Shown: positions 12,601 through 21,295, counted from the first letter of the stretch. The stretch: 64,000 bases of DNA from Actinomycetota bacterium (GCA_041181125.1 JBEGQD010000070.1:3102-67101), one strand, 5' to 3'. Numbers and translations: made by a program. Notes: generated by a model not told the origin, from the letters alone.

Positions 12601-12742
12601 AGTAACAGCAGAGTTAACTCAGATAGCACAAGGAATGAGCGATAGGAGTTTTGTCGCAACTATTAATGATCGCTGCCGTTCCTGCGCGGTTAAATCATCC
12701 TGCCCTATTCAAATTCAAGGTCAGACGGTGATTGGAAAATGA
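9665..12742 (+). CDS. adnA: AdnA subunit of the AdnAB helicase-nuclease (UvrD-like motor plus PD-(D/E)XK nuclease with Fe-S cysteines)
   Basis: GAAGSGKT, DEFQE, TVHSAKGLQW; nuclease G-x-IDR..VDLKTG..QLQSY; Cys set FTEC..CRSCAVKSSC; tandem with a second UvrD-nuclease before nudC-uvrD2. Confidence 0.85.
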   Translation: MASTKNTPTLNLVRAPLSNELIDKSQLNEQQNQVVNHRGSPLLVLGAAGSGKTTTLISAVSNRINQGEDPNSILVITYGRHSASKLRDQIASANPLSHTVSEPIARTFHSIAFLILNDQLASNGSDEKKYILLSGAEQDAQIRELLAIDAANPALTLWPKELIPALTTRGFAKELRDFIGRATERGTSPEELVKYADKYGQKYWPAICQFWQRYRQSLALRDVSTSASLNRIDPSEIIIAAAEKLESSPNLLNKYRKLFQAIYVDEFQESDRGQRQLLTLLSGDELVIFADPQSAVGRFRGADPENLLTDLEQSGIKNIIKLPSSFRKIQDQRVAMLSSVSDEANYIAHQFRSAHLRQGVRWSEMAVILRSPGAQVAALQRAFAMNGIPVEIDAIALSLADNPAIKPIITLAQIAIGQVKLIPSNWDQIEELLKSEFAGADAISIRQMRISLSKEQKGDLTKSSTELILDALTAPAVDLPWEQLMPLKRINDLLKEAKKALSRSQDISDLLWSIWSNAKNYEGELISLSWQQQALAGGNRGAVADQNLDALITLFEVARRFSERLPGAKAGLFIDQLLGEKILSDSISASAQRGEVVQVMTVHSAKGLQWRYVALAGMQEGSWPNLKQRGSLLGSERLVEIFRHGISNPAQLDAISASGLSEDEKRLLNVATTRATEKLIITAVSQEDNQPSSYFEKFAPDQIEVTQTARAITQPALVADLRRLASKASNKEEVIFAHRMLKTLAVNGVQRAEPKNWVGFLPISTDLPVIKSDEILRISPSSLESFTECSLKWLLEQSGGKDADSTAQVLGTAIHVIAAQLLEQPSLSRAQLEDKLKGAWSLIDMNKGWIKDYEYRRAAAMLEKFYSWNLKNKNSLVGVEEKFEFKLGSAVVSGSIDRIELTAENKYYIVDLKTGATAISYDKALENKQLQSYQLAVVNDGFKEKLEHQEVAGAELVFVGDHKAKDAKPRPQEAVKVDEVTAELTQIAQGMSDRSFVATINDRCRSCAVKSSCPIQIQGQTVIGK

Positions 12743-15700
12743 GTATCAAATACTCCGCGCTAGATATCGCAAAGCGCATAAGCGCAGTTGATCCAACTTT
12801 TAGAGTGCCAACTGATGAGCAGATTGCAATTATTCAAGCACCGCTTGCGCCCTCTGTTGTGATTGCCGGTGCGGGTTCTGGCAAAACTGAAACTATGAGT
12901 CAGCGAGTTTTATACTTAGTTGCGAACTCAATTATTACGCCAGACCAATTACTTGGCCTCACCTTTACCAGAAAAGCAGCAGGTGATTTAGCAAAGCGAA
13001 TTAAATATCGATTAAAGCAGTTAAAGAGTGCCAATTTATTGCCAGATCACTTAGATGGATCTGAATTGACTGTATCAACCTACCATTCATATGCCGGAAG
13101 AGTATTAGCAGATCATGCAATTCGAATTGGTATTGATGCTGATGCTGATCCAATTGGTGAGGCAGCAGCATGGCAAATTGCCTTTGAAGAGGTAAGCAGA
13201 TTTGCCGGAAATGATTTACCCATTAATGGATCACCCAATACAGTTGTTAAAGAGGTAATGGATCTTTCTACTCAATTAGCTGAAAATGATCGAAGCGCTG
13301 ATGAGATTATTGCTTACACTGAAAATTTATTGGTAAACCTTTCAGAATTTTCAGACCGTCAAACAAATCCAGTAATTGAATTTAAAGAGGAGTTATTGCA
13401 ACGACTTGCAATTCTGCCGATCGTGGCGGCTTTTGATAATCGACGCAAACAACATGGCTTATTAACCTTTAATGATCATATGTCTATTGCGGCAAAGTTA
13501 GTTGAAGAGAGTAAGCAAAACCATAATGATGATATTGGGGTCATTGAGCGAAATAAATTTAAGGTGGTATTACTAGATGAATATCAAGACACATCTTTTA
13601 ATCAAATTAAGTTTTTATCCAACCTCTTTGGTAACAATCACCCGGTCACTGCGGTGGGAGATCCTAATCAAGCTATTTACGGCTGGCGTAGCGCTAGCTC
13701 TGAAACCCTAGATACCTTCTCTAAATCCTTTAATAGCAATGCAACTCGCTATACCTTGCTTACTACCTGGCGAAATGATTCGGCAGTTTTAGATTTAGCA
13801 AATGTAATGATTGATGAGATTTCAACTGGTAGGCAAATTGAGAAATTAACTGCTCGGCCAAATGCAAAAACTGGTGAAGTAATATGTGGTGTTTATGAAA
13901 CCCAAATTCAAGAAGGGCAAGAGATTGCAAAATACTTTGCTAAGCATTGGTTTGATAAAGATCGAGAAAAGCTTGCTGCAAATGAAAAATCAACATTTGC
14001 GGTATTGGTAAGAAGTAGATCACAAATTGATTCAATTCAGGCAGCTTTTAACGAATTAGATATTCCAACTGATGTAGTTGGTGTTGGCGGCTTAATTCAT
14101 ACATCTGAGATTTCAGACATTATTGCCTTACTTCGTACCTTAACCATGCCAGATTCTGGAACAGCTCTAATGCGCCTACTAACTGGACCACATATCAATC
14201 TTGGAGCGAGAGATTTAATGGCGCTAGGTATATTCACTAAAAACTTTGCTCGATCAAATGATTACTCAAGAGGTAAAGAGTTAAAGCAAGCACTTGAGCA
14301 AAACATTGAGGTTATCTCAACTGCGAATGAGTTTGCATCCGGTTCAATTATTGAATCCTTAGAGCTATTACTGACCTTAAAGCAGAGTGAGTTTACAAAG
14401 TATCAAGGGATTCCTGGATTTAGTGAAGAGGGATTAGCTCGCCTTCGTAAATTTGCACTCTCGCTTCGATCTCTGCGCCGAAATTTAAATGGCTCAATTA
14501 CTGAGGCAATTATTGAGGTGGAACAATTCTTGTCATTAGATACCGAAGTATTAGTAAGAGATGGCTGGCAGTCTGGTCGGAAAAATTTAGACCGGTTCTT
14601 AGATGAGGCAGCTAGATTTGAAAAAAATGGTGGCACATTACTTGGATTTCTGCAGTGGTTAAAAATTGCTGAAGATACTGAAGGTGGTTTAAAGCCGGCC
14701 GAGGTAGATGTTCGAAGTGATGCAGTACAGATTTTAACTATCCACTCAGCAAAAGGTGCCGAGTGGGATTATGTTGCAATTCCTGGACTTGCTGAAAAAA
14801 CTTTTCCAAGCGTTGGCAAAAAATCAGATAACTGGGTTAAAAATGCTGGCTCAATTCCAGTAAGCATGCGGGGAGATTATGAGCAACTTCCTTCAATAAA
14901 TTTTGAGAGCTTTTCTACAAATAAGAATTTAAAAGATGGTTTGGAACGATTTGATGATGAGTGGAAGGCGCGCAAATCAATGGAAGAAATGCGCCTTGCT
15001 TATGTCGCCATTACGAGAGCAAAGAAGGGATTAATTTGTACAACTTCACATTTTAGGAATGGTGAAAAAATAGTTGATCCAAGTAGCCTGTTTAATACTT
15101 TTGCTAGCGCACTTACTAAAATAAAAGGCGGAAGGGTACTTTCAGATTCACCAATTCCGGAAGGTCGTAATCCAATTAAAGAAAATCCGACAACCGGTAT
15201 CTGGCCAACACGCAGTAGCAGGCTAGATAAATTGCAAGAGATTTCACTTGGAGTTGATAGTGCAACACCATTTACTCCGGATGAAGTAAAAAGTTTAATT
15301 AAGGATGTAGCAGTAGACTCAGAAAAGGTTTCTTTACTTTCTGATATGCAGGCAATTCTTTCTGAGATAGCTGCCCGAAATGAAAAAGTAATGATTACGC
15401 TACCGGGCAGATTATCCGTTTCAACCCTGCTTTATTTAGCAAAAGATCCGCAGGGGTTGGCACTTAGATTACGCCGGCCAATGCCAAACCATATTGATAA
15501 GTACGCGAGGAGAGGAACTGATTTCCACCTGTGGCTTGAAAATCACTTTAAACATCCCTGCCTTATCTCTATGGATGATTTGTTTAATCAAAGCAGTTCG
15601 GAAATTACTGAAGAGTTTGCAGATGCTCCATTTGATAAATTAAAAAATTCTTGGCTAGCAAGTGAGTGGGCCAATAAACAACCGGTAGGGGTTGAGGTTG

Positions 15701-16005
15701 GTTTTGAAACAATGATTGATAACACTTTGATTCGAGGCAGAATTGATGCGGTTTATCAAAGCGGTGATCAGTTTGAGGTAGTTGATTGGAAGACCGGTAA
15801 GGTTAAAGATGGTGATGATCTAACAAACGCCGCAATTCAGTTGGCGATGTATCGCCTGGCTTATTCAAAACTTAAGAATGTGCCAATTGAAAAAATTAGT
15901 GCTGCTTTTCATTATGTAGCTGATAATCAAACGGTCAGGCCAGCAGATATTTTAGATGAACAAGCTTTAATAAATTTGATTAGTAAAATTCCTATTCAAA
16001 TCTAA
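12739..16005 (+). CDS. adnB: AdnB subunit of the AdnAB helicase-nuclease
   Basis: AGAGSGKT, TFTRKAA, DEYQDT, VGDPNQAIYGWR, YVAITRAK; C-terminal GRIDAVY..VDWKTG..QLAMY. Confidence 0.88.
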   Translation: MSIKYSALDIAKRISAVDPTFRVPTDEQIAIIQAPLAPSVVIAGAGSGKTETMSQRVLYLVANSIITPDQLLGLTFTRKAAGDLAKRIKYRLKQLKSANLLPDHLDGSELTVSTYHSYAGRVLADHAIRIGIDADADPIGEAAAWQIAFEEVSRFAGNDLPINGSPNTVVKEVMDLSTQLAENDRSADEIIAYTENLLVNLSEFSDRQTNPVIEFKEELLQRLAILPIVAAFDNRRKQHGLLTFNDHMSIAAKLVEESKQNHNDDIGVIERNKFKVVLLDEYQDTSFNQIKFLSNLFGNNHPVTAVGDPNQAIYGWRSASSETLDTFSKSFNSNATRYTLLTTWRNDSAVLDLANVMIDEISTGRQIEKLTARPNAKTGEVICGVYETQIQEGQEIAKYFAKHWFDKDREKLAANEKSTFAVLVRSRSQIDSIQAAFNELDIPTDVVGVGGLIHTSEISDIIALLRTLTMPDSGTALMRLLTGPHINLGARDLMALGIFTKNFARSNDYSRGKELKQALEQNIEVISTANEFASGSIIESLELLLTLKQSEFTKYQGIPGFSEEGLARLRKFALSLRSLRRNLNGSITEAIIEVEQFLSLDTEVLVRDGWQSGRKNLDRFLDEAARFEKNGGTLLGFLQWLKIAEDTEGGLKPAEVDVRSDAVQILTIHSAKGAEWDYVAIPGLAEKTFPSVGKKSDNWVKNAGSIPVSMRGDYEQLPSINFESFSTNKNLKDGLERFDDEWKARKSMEEMRLAYVAITRAKKGLICTTSHFRNGEKIVDPSSLFNTFASALTKIKGGRVLSDSPIPEGRNPIKENPTTGIWPTRSSRLDKLQEISLGVDSATPFTPDEVKSLIKDVAVDSEKVSLLSDMQAILSEIAARNEKVMITLPGRLSVSTLLYLAKDPQGLALRLRRPMPNHIDKYARRGTDFHLWLENHFKHPCLISMDDLFNQSSSEITEEFADAPFDKLKNSWLASEWANKQPVGVEVGFETMIDNTLIRGRIDAVYQSGDQFEVVDWKTGKVKDGDDLTNAAIQLAMYRLAYSKLKNVPIEKISAAFHYVADNQTVRPADILDEQALINLISKIPIQI

Positions 16006-16837
16006 GCTCTACTCCAATTGGAGTATGGTCTGAAATATTAGTTTTGACTGTGTTAACTGGAGTTGTTGTAATTGACTTAGCAGTTGATTTTGGAGCCATT
16101 ATGTAATCAAACTGTATTTTCTCTTTCCAACTCGGGTAGGTCATTTGTTTAATTAGTGACTTATAACTACTAAACCTGCTTGGAAGATTTGCAATCATAT
16201 TTAAATCACCGATAAGCACCTGTTTGCCCGGTAATCTGTTTAAAGTAGTGCAAAGTAGGTTTAACTGATAAATATTGACTACTGGGGCAAATGAGAGATG
16301 GGTAGTGGTGATTGTTAGACCGTTCTCAAGTTCTGCAGTTAATGCAACTCTAGGTTCATCTTTAACATAGATAAACCTTACTCTGCCATTTTCATTGGGA
16401 ATTACTAGCGGAAGGCCAATAATCGATCTACCAAGTTTCTTAACATGCAATTTCTTGATACGTTGGTTTGTTGCAATACCAATTCCATAACTAATTTCTT
16501 CAGGAGGGGTAGTATCTTGTGTAATTAGTGCAGCTTTTAAATCTCTTACCTTTTCCCATTTTTCACCCGGTGTACCAAATAATGATGGTAGGTATGCCCA
16601 GTATTTAAGCCCCATACTTTCAGCAACCAGTTGAGTTTGATTTATAAGTGTTGAACGTGGTTGTAAATAATCAACCTCTTGTAATCCAATAAAATCTGGT
16701 TGGTAATTATTTGCCACAGTTTTAGCTGCGGTTATTAAACTCTGTCGCCAATCTTGATCGTTATTAGGCGGGATTATCTGCCCATGCAAAAGGTTCCAGG
16801 AGATGATTCTCATGCTTTGAGCGGGGGCGACAACCAT
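15992..16837 (-). CDS. Endonuclease/exonuclease/phosphatase (EEP) family protein
   Basis: SWNL, LQEVD, THLS, GDLN, FDYI, SDH; TAGCCT-N6-ATG leaderless start. Confidence 0.88.
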   Translation of the reverse strand: MVVAPAQSMRIISWNLLHGQIIPPNNDQDWRQSLITAAKTVANNYQPDFIGLQEVDYLQPRSTLINQTQLVAESMGLKYWAYLPSLFGTPGEKWEKVRDLKAALITQDTTPPEEISYGIGIATNQRIKKLHVKKLGRSIIGLPLVIPNENGRVRFIYVKDEPRVALTAELENGLTITTTHLSFAPVVNIYQLNLLCTTLNRLPGKQVLIGDLNMIANLPSRFSSYKSLIKQMTYPSWKEKIQFDYIMAPKSTAKSITTTPVNTVKTNISDHTPIGVELRFE

Positions 16838-16862
16838 GACGACAGGCTAGTAGGGTCGGGCG

Positions 16863-17783
16863 GTGATGGCGCCTAATAAATCACTAAAACTCCCACTAGC
16901 AGTTACTGAGGTTGATCGTGCTGCCCATTTACGAAGTGATGAGGCTTACCTCAAATCTGCCTGGGCTAGCGCATCGGTTTTACTATTTATGGATGAGAAG
17001 TTTGTTGCCAGTAGTAATCAAATTAATTTTGTTCCGGGGTCAACATTAGGAGAGTATCAAACTCAAACTGATTACTTTTTAGGGGTTAAAGATAAAGAGA
17101 ACTTCTTTGTTCGCCACTTGGCAAGTGATGAAAATACCAAGTTGGAGTTGATGACATTAAGGGAGATCGGTGCCTTTTTATCACCGCGCGATATTGGGCT
17201 TGCAGTTCATGCGCAAGGCTTAGCTAATTGGCATAAAAAGCATCCACGGTGTTCCCAATGTGGAGCAGCAACAAGTGTTGTATTAGGTGGTTCAGTTAGA
17301 AGATGTTTAATTGATGAGAGTGAGCATTACCCAAGAACAGATGGGGCAATTATTGTCTTAATTAAAGATGAACAGGATCGAGTATTACTTGGGAGGCAAA
17401 AAGTTTGGCCAAAAAATCGCTTCTCAACCTTTGCTGGTTTTGTTGAGCCTGGAGAGTCATTTGAAAATTGTGTACTTCGGGAGGTAAGGGAGGAGGCTGG
17501 TGTTGAATTAACTCAGATAAATTATCTTGGTTCACAACCTTGGCCATTTCCAGCATCATTAATGATTGCATTTGAAGCGGTAACTAATACCCCACAAATT
17601 GCAAAGGCAGACGGGGATGAGATTGAAGAGATTCGTTGGTTTTCAAGAGCAGAGATGAAAGCTGCCATATTGGATAAATCTTTGATTTTGCCATTGGAAA
17701 TCTCGGTAGCAAGGCAGATGATTAAGGCTTGGTATGGCCAAGGAGCCGATGTGGATCTGATTGGCAATGAATCATGGCGTTAG
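16863..17783 (+). CDS. nudC: NAD(+)/NADH pyrophosphatase NudC
   Basis: Nudix box GFVEPGE..REVREEAG and the SQPWPFPAS signature. Confidence 0.95.
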   Translation: MMAPNKSLKLPLAVTEVDRAAHLRSDEAYLKSAWASASVLLFMDEKFVASSNQINFVPGSTLGEYQTQTDYFLGVKDKENFFVRHLASDENTKLELMTLREIGAFLSPRDIGLAVHAQGLANWHKKHPRCSQCGAATSVVLGGSVRRCLIDESEHYPRTDGAIIVLIKDEQDRVLLGRQKVWPKNRFSTFAGFVEPGESFENCVLREVREEAGVELTQINYLGSQPWPFPASLMIAFEAVTNTPQIAKADGDEIEEIRWFSRAEMKAAILDKSLILPLEISVARQMIKAWYGQGADVDLIGNESWR

Positions 17784-19417
17784 ATAACGCACAAATTTTA
17801 GCTGAGTTAGATCCTGATCAATTAGCAGTTGTTACAGCAATTACTGGTCCGGTTTGCGTAATAGCTGGAGCTGGAACTGGAAAAACTAGAGTAATTACAA
17901 ACCGAATTGCATATGCGATTAATTCCGGCGTAACCGATCCAACTAGAGTTTTAGCTCTGACATTCACCGCCAAAGCAGCCGGAGAGATGCGCGCTAGATT
18001 GCGAGCTTTAGGTATCTCAAATGCTGCCGCCCGCACCTTCCACTCAGCAGCTCTTAAGCAACTACTTTATTTCTGGCCCTATGCATTTGGCGGCCAATTT
18101 CCTACCTTGTTAACTACAAAATCTGGCTTTATTAGCCAAGCAATTACAAGAGCCGAGGTTGCAATACCTGCGCAGGTAAATGCCCTTCGTGAGATTGCAA
18201 GTGAGATTGAGTGGGCAAAGGTTTTACAGATTTCACCAGATAATTATCAGCAGGAGGCAATTGCAAACAACAGATTAGTGAGATTTCCAAACAATAAAAG
18301 CGAGAGCGAAAATCTCTCAATGATCGCCCAGGTATACGAGGCGTATGAATCTTTAAAGCGACAGGAACGCACCTTAGATTTTGAGGATGTACTTCTGCTT
18401 ACCGTTGGCATGCTGGAGGAGGATCGGGGGGTGAGAGAGCGGATAAGAGATCAATACCGCTACTTCACCGTTGATGAGTATCAAGATGTCTCACCACTTC
18501 AACAGCGATTACTAAATCTCTGGCTCGGAAACCGTGAAGAGTTATGTGTTGTTGGAGATGCTGCTCAAACAATTTACTCATTTGCCGGTGCTACCTCTAA
18601 CTTTTTACTTAATTTTCAAAACCGCTTTCCAAATGCTCAGATTTTTCGGCTATCTCGAGGCTATCGTTCAACCCCAGAAATAATTAATACCGCTAATAAA
18701 ATTTTGCGCCAAGCAAATCTGATAAGTGATCATGGAAATGAGTTGCAATCAGCAAATAGTCATGGCGATATCCCTATGGTAAATGGCTTCGCCTCTCAAT
18801 CTGATGAAATTGCATATGTTTGCGCTGAGGTGGCTAAGTTGATTAATAATCAGGTAGATAGCTCTGAGATTGCAGTTTTAGCAAGAACCAATGCACAGTT
18901 AGATCAGGTTAAATCAGCGCTAAATAATGCCAAGATTGCTAGCCAGATTAGATCTGGTGAGCGCTTCTTTGATCGAGTAGATGTAAGAGATGCGATGCGA
19001 GTGATTAGAAGTGCCTCTGTCCTGCCCTCTGAGATTGGTGATTGGTATGCCGACCTAGTATCGGTACTGCGCCCATTTGGAGATGCCGATTATGTGGTTG
19101 GCTTTCTAAAGCTGGCAAAGAGCATTCAAGAAAATGGTGGTACAAATATGCGGGCCTTTTTACGTGAGATCGAGGATCGAGCTGAGCAGAACAACCCACC
19201 TACCCTGCCTGGAGTAACACTTGCTACTTTGCATGCTGCTAAAGGGCTGGAGTGGAACCACCTATTTTTAATCGGAGTCTCTGATGGCGTGCTACCAATG
19301 GGTAATGATTTAAATGAAGAGCGCCGGTTGTTCTATGTTGGAGTCACACGAGCTAAGCAGCGTATTCAAATTACCTATGCGGGAAAACCGAGCGTGTTTC
19401 TCGATCAATTTAATTAA
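17774..19417 (+). CDS. uvrD2: ATP-dependent DNA helicase UvrD2 (short form, no C-terminal HRDC)
   Basis: AGAGTGKT, DEYQD, LATLHAAKGLEW, YVGVTRA; nudC-uvrD2-whiB7 synteny. Confidence 0.85.
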   Translation: MALDNAQILAELDPDQLAVVTAITGPVCVIAGAGTGKTRVITNRIAYAINSGVTDPTRVLALTFTAKAAGEMRARLRALGISNAAARTFHSAALKQLLYFWPYAFGGQFPTLLTTKSGFISQAITRAEVAIPAQVNALREIASEIEWAKVLQISPDNYQQEAIANNRLVRFPNNKSESENLSMIAQVYEAYESLKRQERTLDFEDVLLLTVGMLEEDRGVRERIRDQYRYFTVDEYQDVSPLQQRLLNLWLGNREELCVVGDAAQTIYSFAGATSNFLLNFQNRFPNAQIFRLSRGYRSTPEIINTANKILRQANLISDHGNELQSANSHGDIPMVNGFASQSDEIAYVCAEVAKLINNQVDSSEIAVLARTNAQLDQVKSALNNAKIASQIRSGERFFDRVDVRDAMRVIRSASVLPSEIGDWYADLVSVLRPFGDADYVVGFLKLAKSIQENGGTNMRAFLREIEDRAEQNNPPTLPGVTLATLHAAKGLEWNHLFLIGVSDGVLPMGNDLNEERRLFYVGVTRAKQRIQITYAGKPSVFLDQFN

Positions 19418-19454
19418 GTTGCGTCAAGGTACACCGATGCTTTACTCTTTGAGT
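19410..19454 (+). promoter_or_regulatory. Promoter of the uORF-whiB7 transcript with an upstream AT-rich (WhiB7-type) element
   Basis: TTTAATTAAG abuts -35 TTGCGT (19419-24), then N18, -10 TACTCT (19443-48), N6, ATG 19455. Confidence 0.65.
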
Positions 19455-19631
19455 ATGGCAAAGTTAATTAATCAAACGACAGTTGTTGCACCTGCAGCCG
19501 CTGCTAATTGGCCTGCCATCTCACCAGCCTGTGCGAAATCTTCATATCGCTCAGATTGGACTAATAAGCGCTCTAATAAGGGTTTTTATACCTTTACATC
19601 AGATCGCACCCCTGGGAGCTATATCGGTTAA
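19455..19631 (+). CDS. Leaderless leader peptide (uORF, 58 aa) of whiB7: MAKLINQTTVVAPAAAANWPAISPACAKSSYRSDWTNKRSNKGFYTFTSDRTPGSYIG
   Basis: ATG at the predicted +1; the stop codon lies in the antiterminator hairpin loop, about 16 nt before the terminator stem. Confidence 0.7.
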   Translation: MAKLINQTTVVAPAAAANWPAISPACAKSSYRSDWTNKRSNKGFYTFTSDRTPGSYIG

Positions 19632-19652
19632 TCCGAGATAGAAGCCAAGGGG
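19609..19652 (+). promoter_or_regulatory. Antiterminator hairpin overlapping the uORF end and the 5' arm of the terminator
   Basis: CCCC-TGG..CTATATCGG [TTAAT] CCGAGATAG..CCAAGGGG pair; mutually exclusive with the terminator stem. Confidence 0.65.
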
Positions 19653-19689
19653 CCCGCGAATCTAATGATTCGGGGGCCTTTTTCTTTTA
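19647..19689 (+). terminator. Intrinsic terminator (attenuator) upstream of whiB7
   Basis: AAGGGGCCC-G-CGAATC TAAT GATTCG-G-GGGCC followed by TTTTTCTTTT. Confidence 0.85.
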
Positions 19690-19769
19690 TCTAATTAACC
19701 TCCAAATAATAAACGCCATAGTGGCAAAGTAAAAAGAACCAAACAAATGAAAGATAACCGAAAGGAAAG

Positions 19770-20216
19770 GTGAGAACGATGACCGTTCTCTTCAGCGAAC
19801 TACTTATCCCCGGTTGGGCAGAAGGCCCAACTGCAAAAATTGGATTAGGTGATGTCACCTGGGCTTATGAGGATGCACCAGTGATCTCCTATACCGATTA
19901 CGCAAGCAATAAGAGCAAGGGAGATTACAAGCGCGCTGATAATCCTTTTCTACCTGAAATTAAAGAGGCCACCAAGGCTTTAACCCTGCCTTGCCACTCA
20001 GCCGATCCTGAGCTCTTCTTTAGTGAGGATGCGTCAGTAATTGCGCAGGCAAAGGTCTTATGTGGTGGATGCCCAATGAAGGCTAAATGTTTAGAGGGGG
20101 CACTCTCACGAGCAGAACCATGCGGCGTGTGGGGAGGTGAGTTATTTGATGAGGGTCAGATAATTCAAGCCAAGAGATTGCCAGGCCGACCAGCAAAGGT
20201 GGCGGTGGCAAGTTAA
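19770..20216 (+). CDS. whiB7: WhiB7/WblC-type Fe-S transcription factor (start may be ATG 19779)
   Basis: Four Cys (LPC..CGGC..C), GVWGGELF, C-terminal AT-hook-like KRLPGRPAK, position after uvrD2. Confidence 0.85.
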   Translation: MRTMTVLFSELLIPGWAEGPTAKIGLGDVTWAYEDAPVISYTDYASNKSKGDYKRADNPFLPEIKEATKALTLPCHSADPELFFSEDASVIAQAKVLCGGCPMKAKCLEGALSRAEPCGVWGGELFDEGQIIQAKRLPGRPAKVAVAS

Positions 20217-20256
20217 CGAAAAGTTGAAAACAACTGTTAACTTAGAAAGGGTTAAC

Positions 20257-20300
20257 AAAAAAACGGTGGTGTTGGAAATAAATCCAACCCCACCGTTTTA
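20257..20300. terminator. Bidirectional intrinsic terminator between whiB7 and the small zinc-ribbon gene
   Basis: AAAACGGTGG-T-GTTGGA / TCCAAC-C-CCACCGTTTT, flanked by A and T tracts. Confidence 0.8.
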
Positions 20301-20321
20301 CTTTTATTAATTACTTACTAA

Positions 20322-20480
20322 TTAAGCCTTACCAAGAATACGATTTACCTTTGTGCCACAAACTGGGCAAATTCCTTGCGCCATTCGGCGACCTGAATCA
20401 GAGACCTTTACATGTCCTTCAAAGGAGCGCTTCTCTTTGCACTTAACGCAGTAAGCCTCACCCTTGTACTCTTCAGCCAT
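20322..20480 (-). CDS. Small zinc-ribbon protein (DUF5679-like, 52 aa), absent from the ORF track
   Basis: Hand-translated MAEEYKGEAYCVKCKEKRSFEGHVKVSDSGRRMAQGICPVCGTKVNRILGKA; two CxxC; strong SD GGAGG. Confidence 0.88.
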   Translation of the reverse strand: MAEEYKGEAYCVKCKEKRSFEGHVKVSDSGRRMAQGICPVCGTKVNRILGKA

Positions 20481-20611
20481 TTTCAACCTCCATCTGCCGT
20501 ACTCATCTGAGTACGAATGACCTCACCATACCGCTCGCACCACGCTCAACTGGGGTTTTCCACGCGTAAAATCACAAATATTAGGCAAGAAATTCAAAAA
20601 AACGGGTAAAA

Positions 20612-21244
20612 CTAGATATTTACCGCCGGAATCACACCAGAACCACCACTTTGGCAACCAAGTTCAAAACCTTCTAAAAATGCCTCTGCCCTACCGGCAT
20701 CTTCATACCTAGCTAAATAATTATTGAACTCCTCATTATGCCCAACTACTTTTAAATGAATTAATTCATGAAAAATAATGTAATTTAAAACGTATGTAGG
20801 TGCACCAACTAGTCGGTCAGAGATGCGAATTGTTCTATCAACTGTGGTGCATGAGCCCCACCGCTCACTCATATTCCGCCAATTAATACTGGCTGGATTG
20901 GTATTAAACTCTGGCAGGTATTTGAGCAGTAGCTCCATCCCAATCTGCATTAGTTGCAGATCAGTTTTGCGCTCGCGAGCCTCACGCCGCAGCACCATAG
21001 AGATCATCTCCGGAATGATTTCAATCTCCTGACGCCGACTCATCTTGGCTGGGATATGAATCTCAATCACCCCACCCTGTCGATAGGCAGAGACACTTCG
21101 CCTGCGGCGCTCTTTGCGAATCACTCGATAGGCTGGCAGATCGGAGGGCAGATTTGCCTCTATTTTTTTCTTACGAGCAGATATCTCAGACACAGGTGGC
21201 AAAATATCTGTAAAGAGGATTTGCTGTTCAAAGTTATCCACCAT
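20612..21244 (-). CDS. M48/YgjP(DUF45)-family metallopeptidase-like protein
   Basis: RWGSC, YIIFHELIHL..GH. Confidence 0.85.
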   Translation of the reverse strand: MVDNFEQQILFTDILPPVSEISARKKKIEANLPSDLPAYRVIRKERRRRSVSAYRQGGVIEIHIPAKMSRRQEIEIIPEMISMVLRREARERKTDLQLMQIGMELLLKYLPEFNTNPASINWRNMSERWGSCTTVDRTIRISDRLVGAPTYVLNYIIFHELIHLKVVGHNEEFNNYLARYEDAGRAEAFLEGFELGCQSGGSGVIPAVNI

Positions 21245-21295
21245 TACCTCTACTTATCCACCATAATTAAGGCTGTCTCCACAGGTTAATCCACA
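21234..21295 (+). repeat. Cluster of four co-oriented DnaA-box-like 9-mers
   Basis: TTATCCACC (21234), TTATCCACC (21254), GTCTCCACA (21275), TAATCCACA (21287) versus consensus TTATCCACA. Confidence 0.5.

Noticed and set aside
9665-16837. Helicase-nuclease pair plus EEP nuclease as a novel anti-phage system
   Set aside because: Motifs and adnA-adnB-nudC-uvrD2-whiB7 synteny identify the housekeeping AdnAB repair locus.
19314-19631. 105-aa ORF from the track as a full gene
   Set aside because: Its 5' part overlaps uvrD2 and the promoter; only the 58-codon part from ATG 19455 has a supported start.
20212-20256. Three GTTAAC hexamers and small hairpins after whiB7
   Set aside because: Short and irregularly spaced; explained as part of the terminator region.
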